In this document: positions 1 to 11,164 of the stretch, piece by piece
How the letters are laid out: each line of letters begins with the position of its first letter
Numbering within the stretch: the stretch's first letter is position 1
NCBI RefSeq assembly: GCF_006345805.1
Contig: NW_021834779.1
Coordinates: forward strand, 1-26,463
Direction: 5' to 3'
Length of the DNA stretch: 26,463 nucleotides
From: Octopus sinensis
Lineage: Eukaryota
Notes under the pieces: generated by a model
What the model was told of the DNA's origin: nothing
Database searches by the model: none
What the model saw: only the letters and a program-made list of their open reading frames with translations
Made by a program: the position numbers and the translations under genes

Positions 1-62
1 TTATATCTCACACAAAATATCTTAAATAACAAAATTATACTAAATTAAATTTATTGTCATCT
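1..62. other. Conserved non-coding element (partial), copy 1 of 3, in the presumed leader intron of a Pcdh gene beyond the left edge
   Basis: Aligns by eye to 10580-10643 and 17880-17941 (core aaatatcttaaataacaaa...taaa...ttat...catct) and sits at the same relative position in each unit. Confidence 0.6.
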
Positions 63-68
63 AAATAG

Positions 69-111
<43 letters not shown>

Positions 112-120
112 TAATAATAA
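69..120. repeat. (TAA)n microsatellite
   Basis: About 17 TAA units read directly, with one interruption. Confidence 0.95.
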
Positions 121-730
121 CGATGCTCATAGACACGACAGAGTTGGGACCTACATACCCTGGAAGCTATGCCAACACTATGGAATAACAACAGAAAAAA
201 GATGGTATAGGCACACACCAGAAAAGGTCACAGAAAACGAGAAAGCAACTACACTCTGGGATATGCCAATACACACAGATAGAGAAATTAAGGCCAGTAG
301 ATCAGATATAGTTGTCAGAGATCATGAAGAAAAAAATGCTTTCTAACTGATGTATCAATACCAGCAGATGACAACGTTTCTCTAACAGAAATGGAAAAGT
401 TTCAAAATACAGAGACCAAGAAATAGAGGTAACTCGAATGTGGAATCTAAAAACAGAAACAATTCCTATCTTACTAGGTGCATTAGGCATGATAAAAGAA
501 TATTCAGACAAATGCATAACAAAAACACCAGGACTTAAAAATATATATAACATACAGAGAATAGCACTACTGGGCACTCCACACATCCTATGCAAAAAAA
601 CTTTCAATACAGTAACCATAAGAGCATCACAGCAAACCACAGCACATACCCAAGGCACACAAGATCTGCGCTCGGTAGTGAAGTGAAAGCATGCTATAAA
701 AATAAAACTACTGAATAATAATAATAATAA
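121..730 (+). mobile_element. 5'-truncated non-LTR retrotransposon with restriction-like endonuclease (R4/Dong-like), degenerate
   Basis: Translation across frameshifts gives RHDRVGTYIPWKLCQHYG...LWDMPIHTDREIKASRSDIVVRDHEEK...DVSIPADDNVS...IEVTRMWNLKTETIPILLGALG...IQRIALLGTPHIL, the typical C-terminus of REL-type LINEs. It is followed by a short 3' UTR and (TAA)n tail (714-730) and has (TAA)n on its 5' side. Confidence 0.85.
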
Positions 731-981
731 TTTATAGGATTGAGGTAACTCCTCCAGTAGGTATACAGAAGCAAAAATAAGAAGAGCGCTATTGTTATCA
801 AGTGAACAATATTTCGGCATCTAGTGTGACTTCCACAAGTTCAAAAAATAAACTTTGCTTCTGTATACCTACAAAAGGAGTTACCGCAATCCTATAAAAT
901 ATTACCAAAAATGAAGTAGATTGACAAGTTTATCTTTTGAACCTGTGGAAGGTACACTAGATGCTGAAATATCGTTCACTT
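731..981. repeat. Interleaved inverted repeats A-B-A'-B'
   Basis: 731-775 is the reverse complement of 854-898 (41/45 match). 800-855 is the reverse complement of 926-981 (50/56 match). Confidence 0.9.
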
Positions 982-1208
982 AATAATAATAATCCTTTCT
1001 ACTATAGGCACAAGGTGTAAAATTTGGAGAAGGGGAATAGTTAATTACGTCGACCCCCAGTGTTTCACTGGTACATATTTTAGCGATCGCCGAAGGGATG
1101 AAAGGCAAAGTTGACCTCGGTGGAATCTGAACTCAGAACATAAAGACAAATGAAATACTGCTAAGCATTTAGTCCGGTGTGATAATGATTCTGCCAGCTC
1201 ACCATCTT
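981..1208 (-). mobile_element. tRNA-derived SINE with (ATT)n tail
   Basis: The minus strand has A-box-like GAGCTGGCAGAATC and B-box-like GAGTTCAGATTCC. The body GGATGAAAGGCAAAGT.GAC is shared with copies at 7735, 10661 and 23581. Confidence 0.8.
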
Positions 1209-1283
1209 AATAATAATAATAACAAAACATTCTTGGTTTATTATATACTAAAAAAGACATAAACACTTAACAGAGTATATCTG

Positions 1284-1310
1284 TATCTATCTATCTATCT
1301 ATCTATCTAT
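1284..1310. repeat. (TATC)n microsatellite
   Basis: 6 perfect units plus a partial unit. Confidence 0.9.
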
Positions 1311-1589
1311 AGGGATATTAGTGATCTGTTAGAGTTCATTGAAGGTAGAGAAAGATTAAGACTTAATCAGTGAATTATTACAACAAAATAGATATAAAAT
1401 ATATTGACATACATTATTATCATCCAGTCTTTTTGGCTATCAATCTCATGATGTCTGTCAGTGAAATAAATATATATACACATAGTTTGAACAATATAAT
1501 ATAAATATTATATATAAAACATATTTTAGCAATATATATAGTTTAAAATATCTTGTATAATGTTTCATGTTTGATTCTGACACTAAAAG

Positions 1590-2224
1590 ATGTAATGCAG
1601 TTTGAAGTAATTGTATTACAATGACAACTGCAGTTGTGTTGTTAATGGTGGAAGTGATGGCTAGATCTCTCGATCCTCCAGTGTCCCAGTCCCTGTGTAT
1701 ATACAACATGGCAGACATTTTAGATATTATCCTTACCCTGTCTTTCATTAGAAACACAAATAATATAAATGTTATAATGAATATGAAAAGATAATAAAGA
1801 GAAAGAGAGAGAGGGAGACTTACCTGCATTGTTTAATCCTTCACTGTAGTTGTGTGTGATGGATGATGTGTATCCTGCTGTAGTGTTCCACTCCAACTGC
1901 TGCTGCTGTAGTGGTATTATAGTGGTACTGCTGCTGTTGTAGTAGTGTTCCTGTGTTACTGCTCCTGCTGCTGCTGTTCCTGTGTAACTGCTGATATAAT
2001 AGTGTGTGACAGTTGCTGTATGTAGTGGGAGGTGATGTTAGCCAGATGCTGGTGTGTGCTAGTTACAACTCTATGTCCTCCACACACACACACACCACAA
2101 TTGTGTGTATGATGAACAAAGAAAAAAGCTATCAGCCTCACTTTCAATATTGAAAGAAATAGAGAAAATCTCTCTCATCCAATAGGAAATTACTGCAATG
2201 ATGTCTGTGTCACACAAACACATC
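1590..2224 (-). promoter_or_regulatory. Conserved unit block, copy 1: candidate promoter plus leader exon (donor at 1824|1823) for the next Pcdh gene beyond the left edge
   Basis: Near-identical to three other copies. CCAAT 2179-2183, palindrome CTTTCAATATTGAAAG 2141-2156, TG and CAG repeats, ATGCAG|GTAAGT donor, second donor-like CAGG|GTAAGG at 1737|1736. The function is inferred. Confidence 0.55.
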
Positions 2225-3126
2225 GAACAAGAGAATTCATGTTAAACAGAAGCAACTTCATTTTTTCTATTTAATAAAAACACTAAGTTTACATATTTGA
2301 TGTTATAAGATTTATAATAATATTTCTTGATATTTAATGGGTTATTATTAACTTCACTATGAGAATACATTTTCAGGATTTCTATCAGAAAGAAATTGAT
2401 TTTAGATGAAGTCTTCAAAGATTTCATTATTTAAGGAGTTTACAAGACTAGATAAACTGTAAACTAAGTAAATTCGGAGAAACAAAAAGTATTTTTGAGT
2501 TAAAAATTTAAAAAACACGATTTTCTGACACTTACTTTACTTTATACATAATAAAATATGAAACTTTTAGAATTTCTAAGAAAACTTCAAAAATGAATTG
2601 ACAGCTTTAGTATGTTACCAATATAGGTAACAGTACATTATTGGATGTTATGGGAGCTAACAATTACCTATACTTATATTAACTAGTAATTACCTATATT
2701 TATATTCATTAGTAATTAGTAAAATTCAATATACACTAAATATAAAAGAAGAGGAGAAACCAAAAGTGGAATATTTTAAATGAAAGCAAACAATTTATGG
2801 TAGAATTGATATCAAACCAAAAGACACAACAACTAAACATTCTAGGATGACTCAAACAAATTTACCTATGTTTAGTGAAATGTCTATACTAAGACTGAGA
2901 GGAAAATTACTATTTTATAATAGTGGATTATAGTAAGTAGGGTAGGGACTTTGTGATAGGTAATGAATCAGAGATGTAAATTAGCAGTAATAATGGATGC
3001 CACAGGTAGGCTCTTTAAGTGTGACGTGTGAAAGAAACATAGAGTTGATATTTTTACATGAATATAAAGTATTGTATAAGATTTGGTATGTGAGAGAATC
3101 ATTTAACAATAGTCATGGAACATCTA

Positions 3127-3206
3127 CTATGTTGGCTGTAGATAGGTATCTTGTATTTGTTGTCCCTTTAGTATTGTGGCTGCAACTGGATTGTCATTGG
3201 TATATT
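3127..3206 (-). CDS. Pcdh: Protocadherin A, last coding exon (EYTNDNPVAATILKGQQIQDTYLQPT*)
   Basis: Acceptor TTTTGCAG|AA. Phase 1 matches the exon-2 donor and gives the longest frame, ending TAG TAG. Conserved in B and C. Confidence 0.7.
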
Positions 3207-3370
3207 CTGCAAAATATCAAATATACAAACACAAATTACATTTCAATATAACAACTCCAATATATAAAGATACAAACATTGATCTTATATTACACTAAGC
3301 ATAACATTATATATTGTCCTACAGTAATAAAGGCAATTACATTTATATGTTATGTTTTGATAAAAGTTAC

Positions 3371-3515
3371 CTGGTTCTGCAGGTATCTCATCATATGGTT
3401 TAGTCTTGCCATTACTCTTGCTAGCTTCTCTGTCCTTTTGGGATGTTAAGGTGTCACTGTTGTAAGACATGATGGAACTGGTGCGACGTCCTTGACTATG
3501 GATTGAATCACATCT
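3371..3515 (-). CDS. Pcdh: Protocadherin A, cytoplasmic exon (RCDSIHSQGRRTSS...PYDEIPAEP)
   Basis: Acceptor TTTTCTAATCAACAG|AGA (phase 0), donor CCAG|GTAACT (phase 1), 145 nt. The peptide is identical in A, B and C. Confidence 0.8.
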
Positions 3516-3879
3516 CTGTTGATTAGAAAAAAAAGCAGAAGAAACATTCACATTTCATTTCTAGAATGTTCGTGGTAAGACTAAGAAAGGAATACTTTTA
3601 TGGAGTTGAAATGCTATAATTAAATTTTTTAACTAATAAAAATAAACTGGAATTCACAATTAAATAAAATGAAAATATTGTTCAATGAAATACTTATATG
3701 CAAATTTTAAATGGGTATTACTAGTAAAAAGTAAAATTATGAAACATCTTTCATCTTTTACGGAAAAAATATAAGAAAGGGATATGACATGTAAAAAAAA
3801 CAAGATGTATAGCATACGTTTTCAGGAATATTGTGAAGAAATGTGATGCAACAACTGGATTGTTTCAAAATATATTTAC

Positions 3880-6274
3880 CTGAGGCACAGGTGGAAGTCT
3901 CCTTTGTGTTGTTGAGAATTTCCACTCATCTGGTGTCTGTTCCATCTCCAGAAAAAACTGACTTTTAGATTTTATTGTCTGAAGATTTCGGTTAAATATC
4001 TCTTCTGCATTTCTCGTTATTGCAACAGGATTGTTAGTCTGATACAGTAATTGTCTCATCTCAGTCTGAGAGAGAAAGTTGGGATTCTCTGCTGTTGTGG
4101 GTGAGTTATTTGTGTGATTAATACATCTGAAAACACACAGTGTTATGGACACTACAATAGCCACAGATAGTATTACAGCTGCTGCTACAATGATAATTAC
4201 CCAAGTCATATTCAGGTCGTGACCAGACTGGAATGGCACAGCAGTCAACATTGGAGATGTATCATTACTAACAAACAGTGTTAGTATGATAGCAGTTGTT
4301 GCTGATTGAACTGGAGTACCACCGTCTTTCACTATAAACTGCAGCTCATATGTTCCTGCATCATTTTGGTAAACTGTGCGAGAGAAAGATAACACACCAG
4401 TGTGTGAGTTCACTGTAAACAGGTTTTATCATTGGATCTCAGTATTCCATATGTGAGGAAAGCATTGTTTCCAGTGTCTTTGTCAGATGCTCTCAGAATT
4501 GTGATGTCCTTCTTACTGTGTGGATGGTAGTGGACATCGAGATTGTAAGGGTCATTATTAGGAAACGTAAAATACGGAGCATTATCATTTTTATCTAGAA
4601 TCTCAATAACAATATTGCAGTGTCACTGAGAGAAGGTGTTCCATTATCTTTCACTAAAACCTTGAACTTATAGATGTCTTTCATTTCTCGATCTATTGGT
4701 TGTGATGTAGAAATAAATCCATATTTTGTCAGTTGGAAAGGAATGTTATCATTGTTGTTATCATTGATGATAGAATATGTAAGTTGGCCTCCATCTTCAA
4801 GATCTGGGTCTGTAGCATTGATGAAGCCAATAGGGAAGTCAACTTTCTGGTTTTCATAGGTGAGGAATTGGAATGTTTCTTTGGTAAAATGTGGTTCTAC
4901 ATCATTGACATCAGTTACTTTGACAGAGAAATATTTTTTACTTTCTAGTTGAGGTGACCCCATGTCATGACACACAATAGATGCTTTATAGTGGTCCCTT
5001 ATCTCTCTGTCAAGGTGGCCCTTAACAATCATTTTATATTCTTTAGAATCTATTTTGGCAAGTTTAAATTTATCATGTTTTAAATCACAGATAACCTCAC
5101 CATTAGGTCCACTATCAGTGTCAGTGACCATAACATAAGCTATAAAACTATCTACTTCACTGTCTTCTGAAACTGCAGCTGAGCTCTCTGATAAAGGAGA
5201 TACAAAATCTATATTTATCAATGGAGCATTATTCTGGTTATTAACTATATGAATCTGAACTGCTGCAACAGATTTTTTTGGTGGTTTTCCTCCATCCCTT
5301 GCTTCAATAAATAACTTATAATACTGCATTTTACTAAAATGAAAGCTGTCATGTAAAAATAAATCTCCAGTTTTCTTATCTAATACAAAATATTTCTGGA
5401 TATTTCGAGATGTTTTATGGTTGAAATGATACGAAATCCTTCCATTGTCTCCAGAATCTTTATCTGTGGCCTTTAAAGTAAAAATTGGTAAATGTCTTTG
5501 ATGTGAATTACTTACAGATGTGTTGTACAGGTCGTGTGAAAATACAGGTGTGTTATCATTGACATCAGTTACAGATATGTGTACCTTGAGTGTAGCTGTT
5601 TTGGGAGGATTCCCTCCATCTTTAGCTTCCAAGGTTAACATGTATGAGTCTTTTACTTCCCTGTCTAACTTATCTTCAAGAATTATTTCAGGTGTGAAAA
5701 TACCTTTGTGTTTTGTGACAGAGAGTGAAAATGGTTCTCTTTTACTTTTCTTGATCATATATGTAATTTGGGAATTTTTTATTGAAATATCTTCATCAAT
5801 GGCATTTAAAAGTGGGATTTTAGTACCTTTAAAATCTCTCTCTAAAAACTTTATTGTGATTTCATTCTGTGGAAATTCTGGAGAATGGTCATTGATGTCA
5901 TCTATTAATATTTTAATTTTTAGAATCTTCATAAATGTTTTTCCTTTTCTCACTGCTACTTTAACTATTCTGGAACATTCTTTGTTGTATGTACACAGGG
6001 ACTCTGCATCCAGTGTCTGAGTTGTGTATAGTTTTCCTGAGTTGGTGACATTAAATAAGTGAGAACCACTCTCGACTGTCCTTTGTAGTTGTGTAAATGT
6101 AATGAGAGTGTGTTGTTGATGTGTGAGAGGGTGTGATAAGTTAGAGTCAACAGCAATGTCTCCTATATAGGTGTGAGGTCTGTCTTCTTCCTTGACATGG
6201 TATGTAATATCTATGGACAGTACAAGGGTGATCAGTAAATGTAGAAGACACAGTAGACCAATATATGCTGTCAT
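3880..6274 (-). CDS. Pcdh: Protocadherin A, large exon (signal peptide, EC1-EC6, TM, juxtamembrane), with two 1-nt deletions as assembled
   Basis: Cadherin motifs (DINDHSPEF, LDRE, DVNDNTPVF, AxDxD, DGGxP), EC1 C-X5-C, TM WVIIIVAAAVILSVAIVVSITLCVF, donor CCTCAG|GTAAAT. It is 2395 nt vs 2397 in C, with deletions at ~4617 (GG>G) and ~4424-4427 (T5>T4). Could be a pseudogene or an assembly error. Confidence 0.9.
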
Positions 6275-6432
6275 GTCTGGAATTCTTCATCACATTTCAG
6301 CAGGAGAAATTGCTACAAAACATGAGAAATACATTTAAAGTTTATTTATAATTCAACAAATCTAATTATATTTACAATAATCACTGTGACACATCTATTT
6401 CTATCTGGAAACGTGTTCCATTTGTCAAAATT

Positions 6433-8019
6433 GAACGTGGAGCAAAAAAAGGTACTTTTTACACAGTTTTTTTAAATATGTTTCCAAAAATATATTTTTC
6501 ATTGCAAAATCCTTTATAAACAACTGTGTTAAAATCTGAAGTTCTTAAATATACATCTTCAGGCTCCACAGCCCACGTGAAATTTTGAATAATGAGCAAA
6601 AAATCAATTTATAACACATTTGCATTCCTCATTTTATTTTTTATATTCATTGTTACAAATTGATTTTCTTTCGCGAAATTATTTAAAAACAAGAGTGTTA
6701 AAATCTCAAGGTCTACAATTTATATCTTCAGGGTCCACCACACACTTGAAATTTCGAAATTATGTGAAAGAAATAGACTTTGTGACTTTGTTTCCTTTAT
6801 TATTTTTAATACTAGGTCACTGAATATATGTGTTACATGAGGTCTAGATCACACACACATTAAAATAAAATTACATATAAACCAATTTTTGATTCTTGAC
6901 ACATTTTGGTGATAAAAATATTTCCAATAAAAAATGTCAAATAAATCTTTTGTTGCATTTTTCTTAAACACATTACACTGTTTGAAATGATGGAACATTT
7001 TTTCTATTTCTCCCAGATTTTAGTAATGCTTGATACTTTAGATAAAAGTTCAAGATTTTTAGTTTAACTGACTCAATTGTAACACAAGGGATGGATGCCT
7101 TTTGCCAAAGAAGTATTATCTTTTCTGCCTCAATCTCGAAAATTTGTTTAAATGAAGGATCTTTCTTAACTATATTCTTTTCTTTATCTTGTTCAAATAA
7201 AACACATTTTAGTATGTCCCACCTAGTTGGCAAAACTCACTTGCTAAGATCATATGGAGTACCAAATATTGGGCATTCAATATCATGGTGCGTTATTGGC
7301 TTACGAGTCATCACTAAATGTAAACAACACTAAATTTAACGTGATCGTTAATTTTAATACAATGGCCTAAAGTCAAGGTACAAAGCAGAAAACTTCACAC
7401 GTACCATGTACATCCACACACAATGACTGCTGCAGTGGCACTGGAGAGAAGTTCACACTCCCGTTCTCTATATAGTCAGTGCGAACCTCAAGATATTAAT
7501 CAATTGTATTGAAACTTGGTATGCAACCTCTTAAGGATACTATATTTACTGTTTTGCATTTTGCTATGTAGAAATATATATACATTACGACTTATAATCG
7601 ATGAAATCCAAAATTTGACCAAAAATAGCGATTTTTAAATTTTTCAATTGTGTTGCGGAGCCTGAAAAGCATATTTAATCGCAATGTTCTTTATACACTT
7701 TTCTTTTTAACCTAATTCACAACAAAATATCTATTTCTTTATTACGCATAAGGGGCTAAACACAGAGGGGACAGACAAGGACAGACATAGGTATTAAGTC
7801 GATTACATCAATCCCAGTGCATAACTGGTACTTAATTTATCGACCCCGAAAGGATGAAAGGCAAAGTCGACTTCGGCGGAATTTGAACTCACAACGTAAC
7901 GACAGACGAAATACGGCTACGCATTTCGCCCGGCATGCTAACGTTTCTGCCACCTCACTGCAACAAAATATCGATTCTTGGTTACCAATTTCGAAAGTTG
8001 CACTTTTCGCTCCACCCTA
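6433..8019 (-). mobile_element. Decayed DNA transposon (possibly hAT-related) with imperfect TIRs
   Basis: Left end GAACGTGGAGCAAAAAAAGGTACTTTT resembles the right-end reverse complement TAGGGTGGAGCGAAAAGTGCAACTTTC. Internal ORF remnant 6973-7233 (PTRWDIL...W.KASIP...KI) resembles transposase N-termini as I recall them. A ~70-100 bp direct repeat has period 169 (6526, 6695). Family assignment is uncertain. Confidence 0.5.
7735..7961 (-). mobile_element. tRNA-derived SINE nested in the DNA transposon
   Basis: Same head and body as 981-1208 (B-box GAGTTCAAATTCC) but a different 3' tail. Confidence 0.8.
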
Positions 8020-8617
8020 CTGAATAGTCTTCCGTGATCTAACAATACATAACGAGAGTTATCTCCCTCGAATAAACCTCACTCATTTATCTTAATTATT
8101 GTGTTGTTTATCTAGTCTCAATGTTTTACGTTGTCTCTCAGAAAATTCTGTTGTTGGATTAAACGTTAGCAATCATGTTTTAGGTTTAATGTTCATAATT
8201 TATCAATAGATTAATGTATTTCTTCAAAAATATATCTATACTGAAATAATAAAACACTATATTAAAAATGAGTATCAAAGTGAGATATGACATGTCTGGA
8301 GCTCAATTTAAATTGCTTGTCCCAACCCTCTGACCGATTACAGAAACTATTTGATAAAAATATCTACCGTCACAATCCTAACGATACAGTTACTTTTTCC
8401 TGTTCCGAGAACAATTTTGGAATGAATGTTTCTGCATTTCATTTTAATGTGGAAACAGGATGGTGGAGAGTAAAGAATCGAGGGAACTGTCTAATCCAAT
8501 ATGTACATATGATGATAAAGATGAGGAGATAGAAAATATAAATTCTCAACCCAAATGTCACCATGTTTGAACAGTTATAAGGATTGCTACATGCTGGAAT
8601 ATAACATTTACTCTCTG

Positions 8618-9165
8618 TCATCATCATCGTCGTTTAACGTCTGCTTTCCATGCTAGCATGGGTTGGACGGTTTGACTGGGGTCTGGGAAGCCAGGAGACT
8701 GCACCAGGCTCCAGTCTGATCTGGCAGTGTTTCTACAGCTGGGTGCCCTTCCTAACGCCAACCACTCCAAGAGTGCAGTGGGTACTTTTTTACGAGTCAC
8801 TGGCACAGGGGTCACAGGGGGCTGACATTGACTGAGATTGGATGGTGCTTTTTACGTGACACCGGCATGGAAGCGAGTCAAGGTGACATATCATCTTTGT
8901 CGTTTAACGTTCGCTTTCCATGCTGGCATGGGTTGGACAGTTTGACTGAGGTCTGGAGAGCCAGAAGGCTGCACCAGGCTCCAATCTGATCTGGCAAAGT
9001 TTCTACAACTGGATGCCCTTCCTAACGCCAACCACTCCGAGTGTAGTGGGTGATTTTACATGCCACTGGCATGAAAGCCAGTCAGGCAGTTCTGGCAATG
9101 ACCATGCTCAAAAGGTGTTTTTATGTGCTACCTGCACAGGAGCCAGTCTGGCGGCACTGGCAATG
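8618..9165 (-). mobile_element. Two tandem RTE-like retroelement 3' ends (8618-8889, 8890-9165)
   Basis: Both contain GCCCTTCCTAACGCCAACCACTCC and, on the minus strand, end in CCAACCCATGC.AGCATGGAAAGC..ACGTTAAACGAC(GAT)n. Confidence 0.7.
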
Positions 9166-9390
9166 AAATATACAGCTTAATTGAAGAAAGAGAACAAAAA
9201 ACGTAGTGACAATTGTGATTGACTTAGAAACAAGAGAGATCTTTTCATCAAATGAAGAAATAATCTCACAATATTTACATGCTAAAGGAAATAAATGTAT
9301 AATATTTGTTTGCAGTAAGGGACTATTTTATATAAAGTAAAAGAATTATGAATATTTTTTTTACCACAATTATTTACATAATTACAACAC

Positions 9391-9475
9391 GAGCTCCGTC
9401 CAAACCGTGCTGTCCGTCCAACCCGTGCTAGCACGGAAAACGGACGTTAAACGATGATGATGATGATGATGATGA
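9391..9475 (+). mobile_element. RTE-like 3' end with (GAT)n tail
   Basis: GTCCAACCCGTGCTAGCACGGAAAACGGACGTTAAACG(ATG)n, inverted relative to 8618-9165. Confidence 0.7.
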
Positions 9476-9960
9476 GATCAGAGAAATAACTGCAATGTGA
9501 CAATGGCATCAGTGATAAATAATGGTGTGATGTACTGGATGCTGTATACAAAATAACTCTTTAAATAATTGAAAAGTGGCTCTGAACGAAAAAACACCCT
9601 AATGACAATTTATGCTATTTCCAGAGATTTGTGAAAGCTGAAAAATAGGTGTCAGCTGAGCCTAAAACTGAATCAACAACACTAGACAGAGTTGACAATC
9701 ATCAAAGTCCTTTCCTTTGGACAATAATATTTGCTTCATGTCAATGTGCCATTCTGTTACCAGTAGGTGAAAGGATATGTTTAGCAATGAGAATTACATT
9801 GATAGGAGAAGGCAGAAAAGCTCTGTGAATTATCCACTAAATCAATAAAAAACTACATAGTCTTTTCATTGCTTTACATACAAATATGTATTTTTCAGAA
9901 AATATAACAAGACAATCTCTAGTTGACTTCTCTTACTCTCAACCTCTTTTGTAAAAGCAG

Positions 9961-9992
9961 CTTAGGATTAGAATATTTATTCTAATCCTAAG
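9961..9992. repeat. 32-bp near-perfect palindrome
   Basis: CTTAGGATTAGAATA-tt-TATTCTAATCCTAAG: perfect 15-bp arms with a 2-nt spacer. Confidence 0.95.
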
Positions 9993-10534
9993 AAATGCAT
10001 TTAAGAAGTACTAAAAATTATTAACAGAATATTATTGGTACGAAATCTCACACAGATGGATTAAAAGATGTTGATAAATTTGAAAGAAGATATTTAGTAG
10101 CCATATTTGTCCAATATCTTTAAGGAATACTTCATATTTAATTTGAATGAAATATTTAATTTATAGAAAAAATAATTATGAGAATTTGGTACAAAGGTGT
10201 TAATGACATACACAAAACAGTGTGTAAAATTTTGTGTAATAATTCACAATACATTTTATTCATAAGTAGATGGGGATTATTGAATATTTCGCTGGAAGTT
10301 AATAATGAAAACAAAAAATTGATAAGTATCAGACAGAGATATTTAGAACTATTTATTAAGTGAAGTATAATGATGATAATTAAACCTCCATTTATATGTT
10401 TCGTATTATACTGCTAAATATAATAAATTTCTGTGATGTTTTGGTATATTATAATAACAACTACATTAATGTGATGTATGATAGTTTGTTGAAAGACGAT
10501 GATATTATTTCTGATTCTCAAAATTCATCAATTG

Positions 10535-10643
10535 TTGTCAGAGTTAATAGATTTTAACAACAGTTGACAATATCGTCAGTTTCTAACTCACAATAAATAC
10601 CTTAAATAACAAATCTACATTAAATAATATTTATCAACATCTT
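10535..10643. other. Conserved non-coding element, copy 2 of 3
   Basis: Aligns with 17833-17941 and 1-62 while the neighbouring intron sequence has diverged. Confidence 0.65.
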
Positions 10644-10660
10644 AATTATAAAATATAAAC

Positions 10661-10844
10661 CTTTCTACCATAAGCACAAAGCCTGAAATTTTGGATGGGT
10701 AAGGGTTAATTGATTACATCAACCCCACTGCTTATCTGGTACTTATTTCATCCTGGTAGTCTTTGAAATCAGAAGGTAAAGACAAATAAAATGCCATAAA
10801 GCATTTTCTGTTGTCTGCCAATAATTCTGCAAACTTGCCACCTT
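10661..10844 (-). mobile_element. Degenerate tRNA-derived SINE
   Basis: Similar to 994-1208 with an internal deletion, and its flanks are homologous to those of the 994-1208 copy. Confidence 0.7.
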
Positions 10845-11164
10845 GAAAATAATATCAGTAATAACAATAAACATCCTTAGTTTATTATTTACAATATATA
10901 TATGTATATCTATAAAATGGATATTAATAATCTATCACAGTACATTGAAAATTTAATTAGTGAGTTATTACAACAAAACAGATATAAACTATACTGACAT
11001 ACATTAGTCAACACCCAGTCTTACTGGTTAGTGATGTCTTCTGACAGTGAAATAAAATATATATATATACAACTAGTTTAGACTATATTAGACCAATATT
11101 CTTTATAGCAATATATATGTTTTTTAATATTTCTTGTATAATGTTGTCTTGTGTGATTCTGACA

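Noticed and set aside
302-820. 172-aa minus-strand ORF
   Set aside because: It is antisense to the LINE remnant and the inverted repeats and has no recognisable domain.
1458-1829. Hydrophobic MQVSLSLS...YYLFIFIITFILFVFLMKDR ORF repeated at 11124, 18382 and 24941, resembling a small membrane protein
   Set aside because: It reads through a perfect splice donor into a CT/T-rich intron, which explains the hydrophobicity. The MQV frame closes early in copy 4 and the C-termini differ.
1900-2060. CAG/CTG-rich short repeats as a possible CRISPR-like array
   Set aside because: This is a eukaryotic microsatellite context with no constant repeat-spacer periodicity.
1956-2147. MKVRLIAFF...EQQQQ poly-Q ORFs in the four blocks
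   Set aside because: They start at a non-ATG codon and cross a variable dinucleotide repeat, and the poly-Q is just one reading of the CAG tract.
2997-3251. Plus-strand ORFs repeated at 2997 and 19626
   Set aside because: They are antisense shadows of the conserved exon 3 and UTR island, and the B copy has a stop.
3371-3515. Possible homology of RCDSIHSQG to delta-protocadherin CM1/CM2 motifs or a WIRS motif
   Set aside because: The match is limited to about three residues and no convincing WIRS consensus was found.
4674-6020. Recurrent plus-strand ORFs (MSFISRS..., MERNVII..., MLYRSC...)
   Set aside because: They are antisense shadows that recur only because the Pcdh coding sequence is duplicated.
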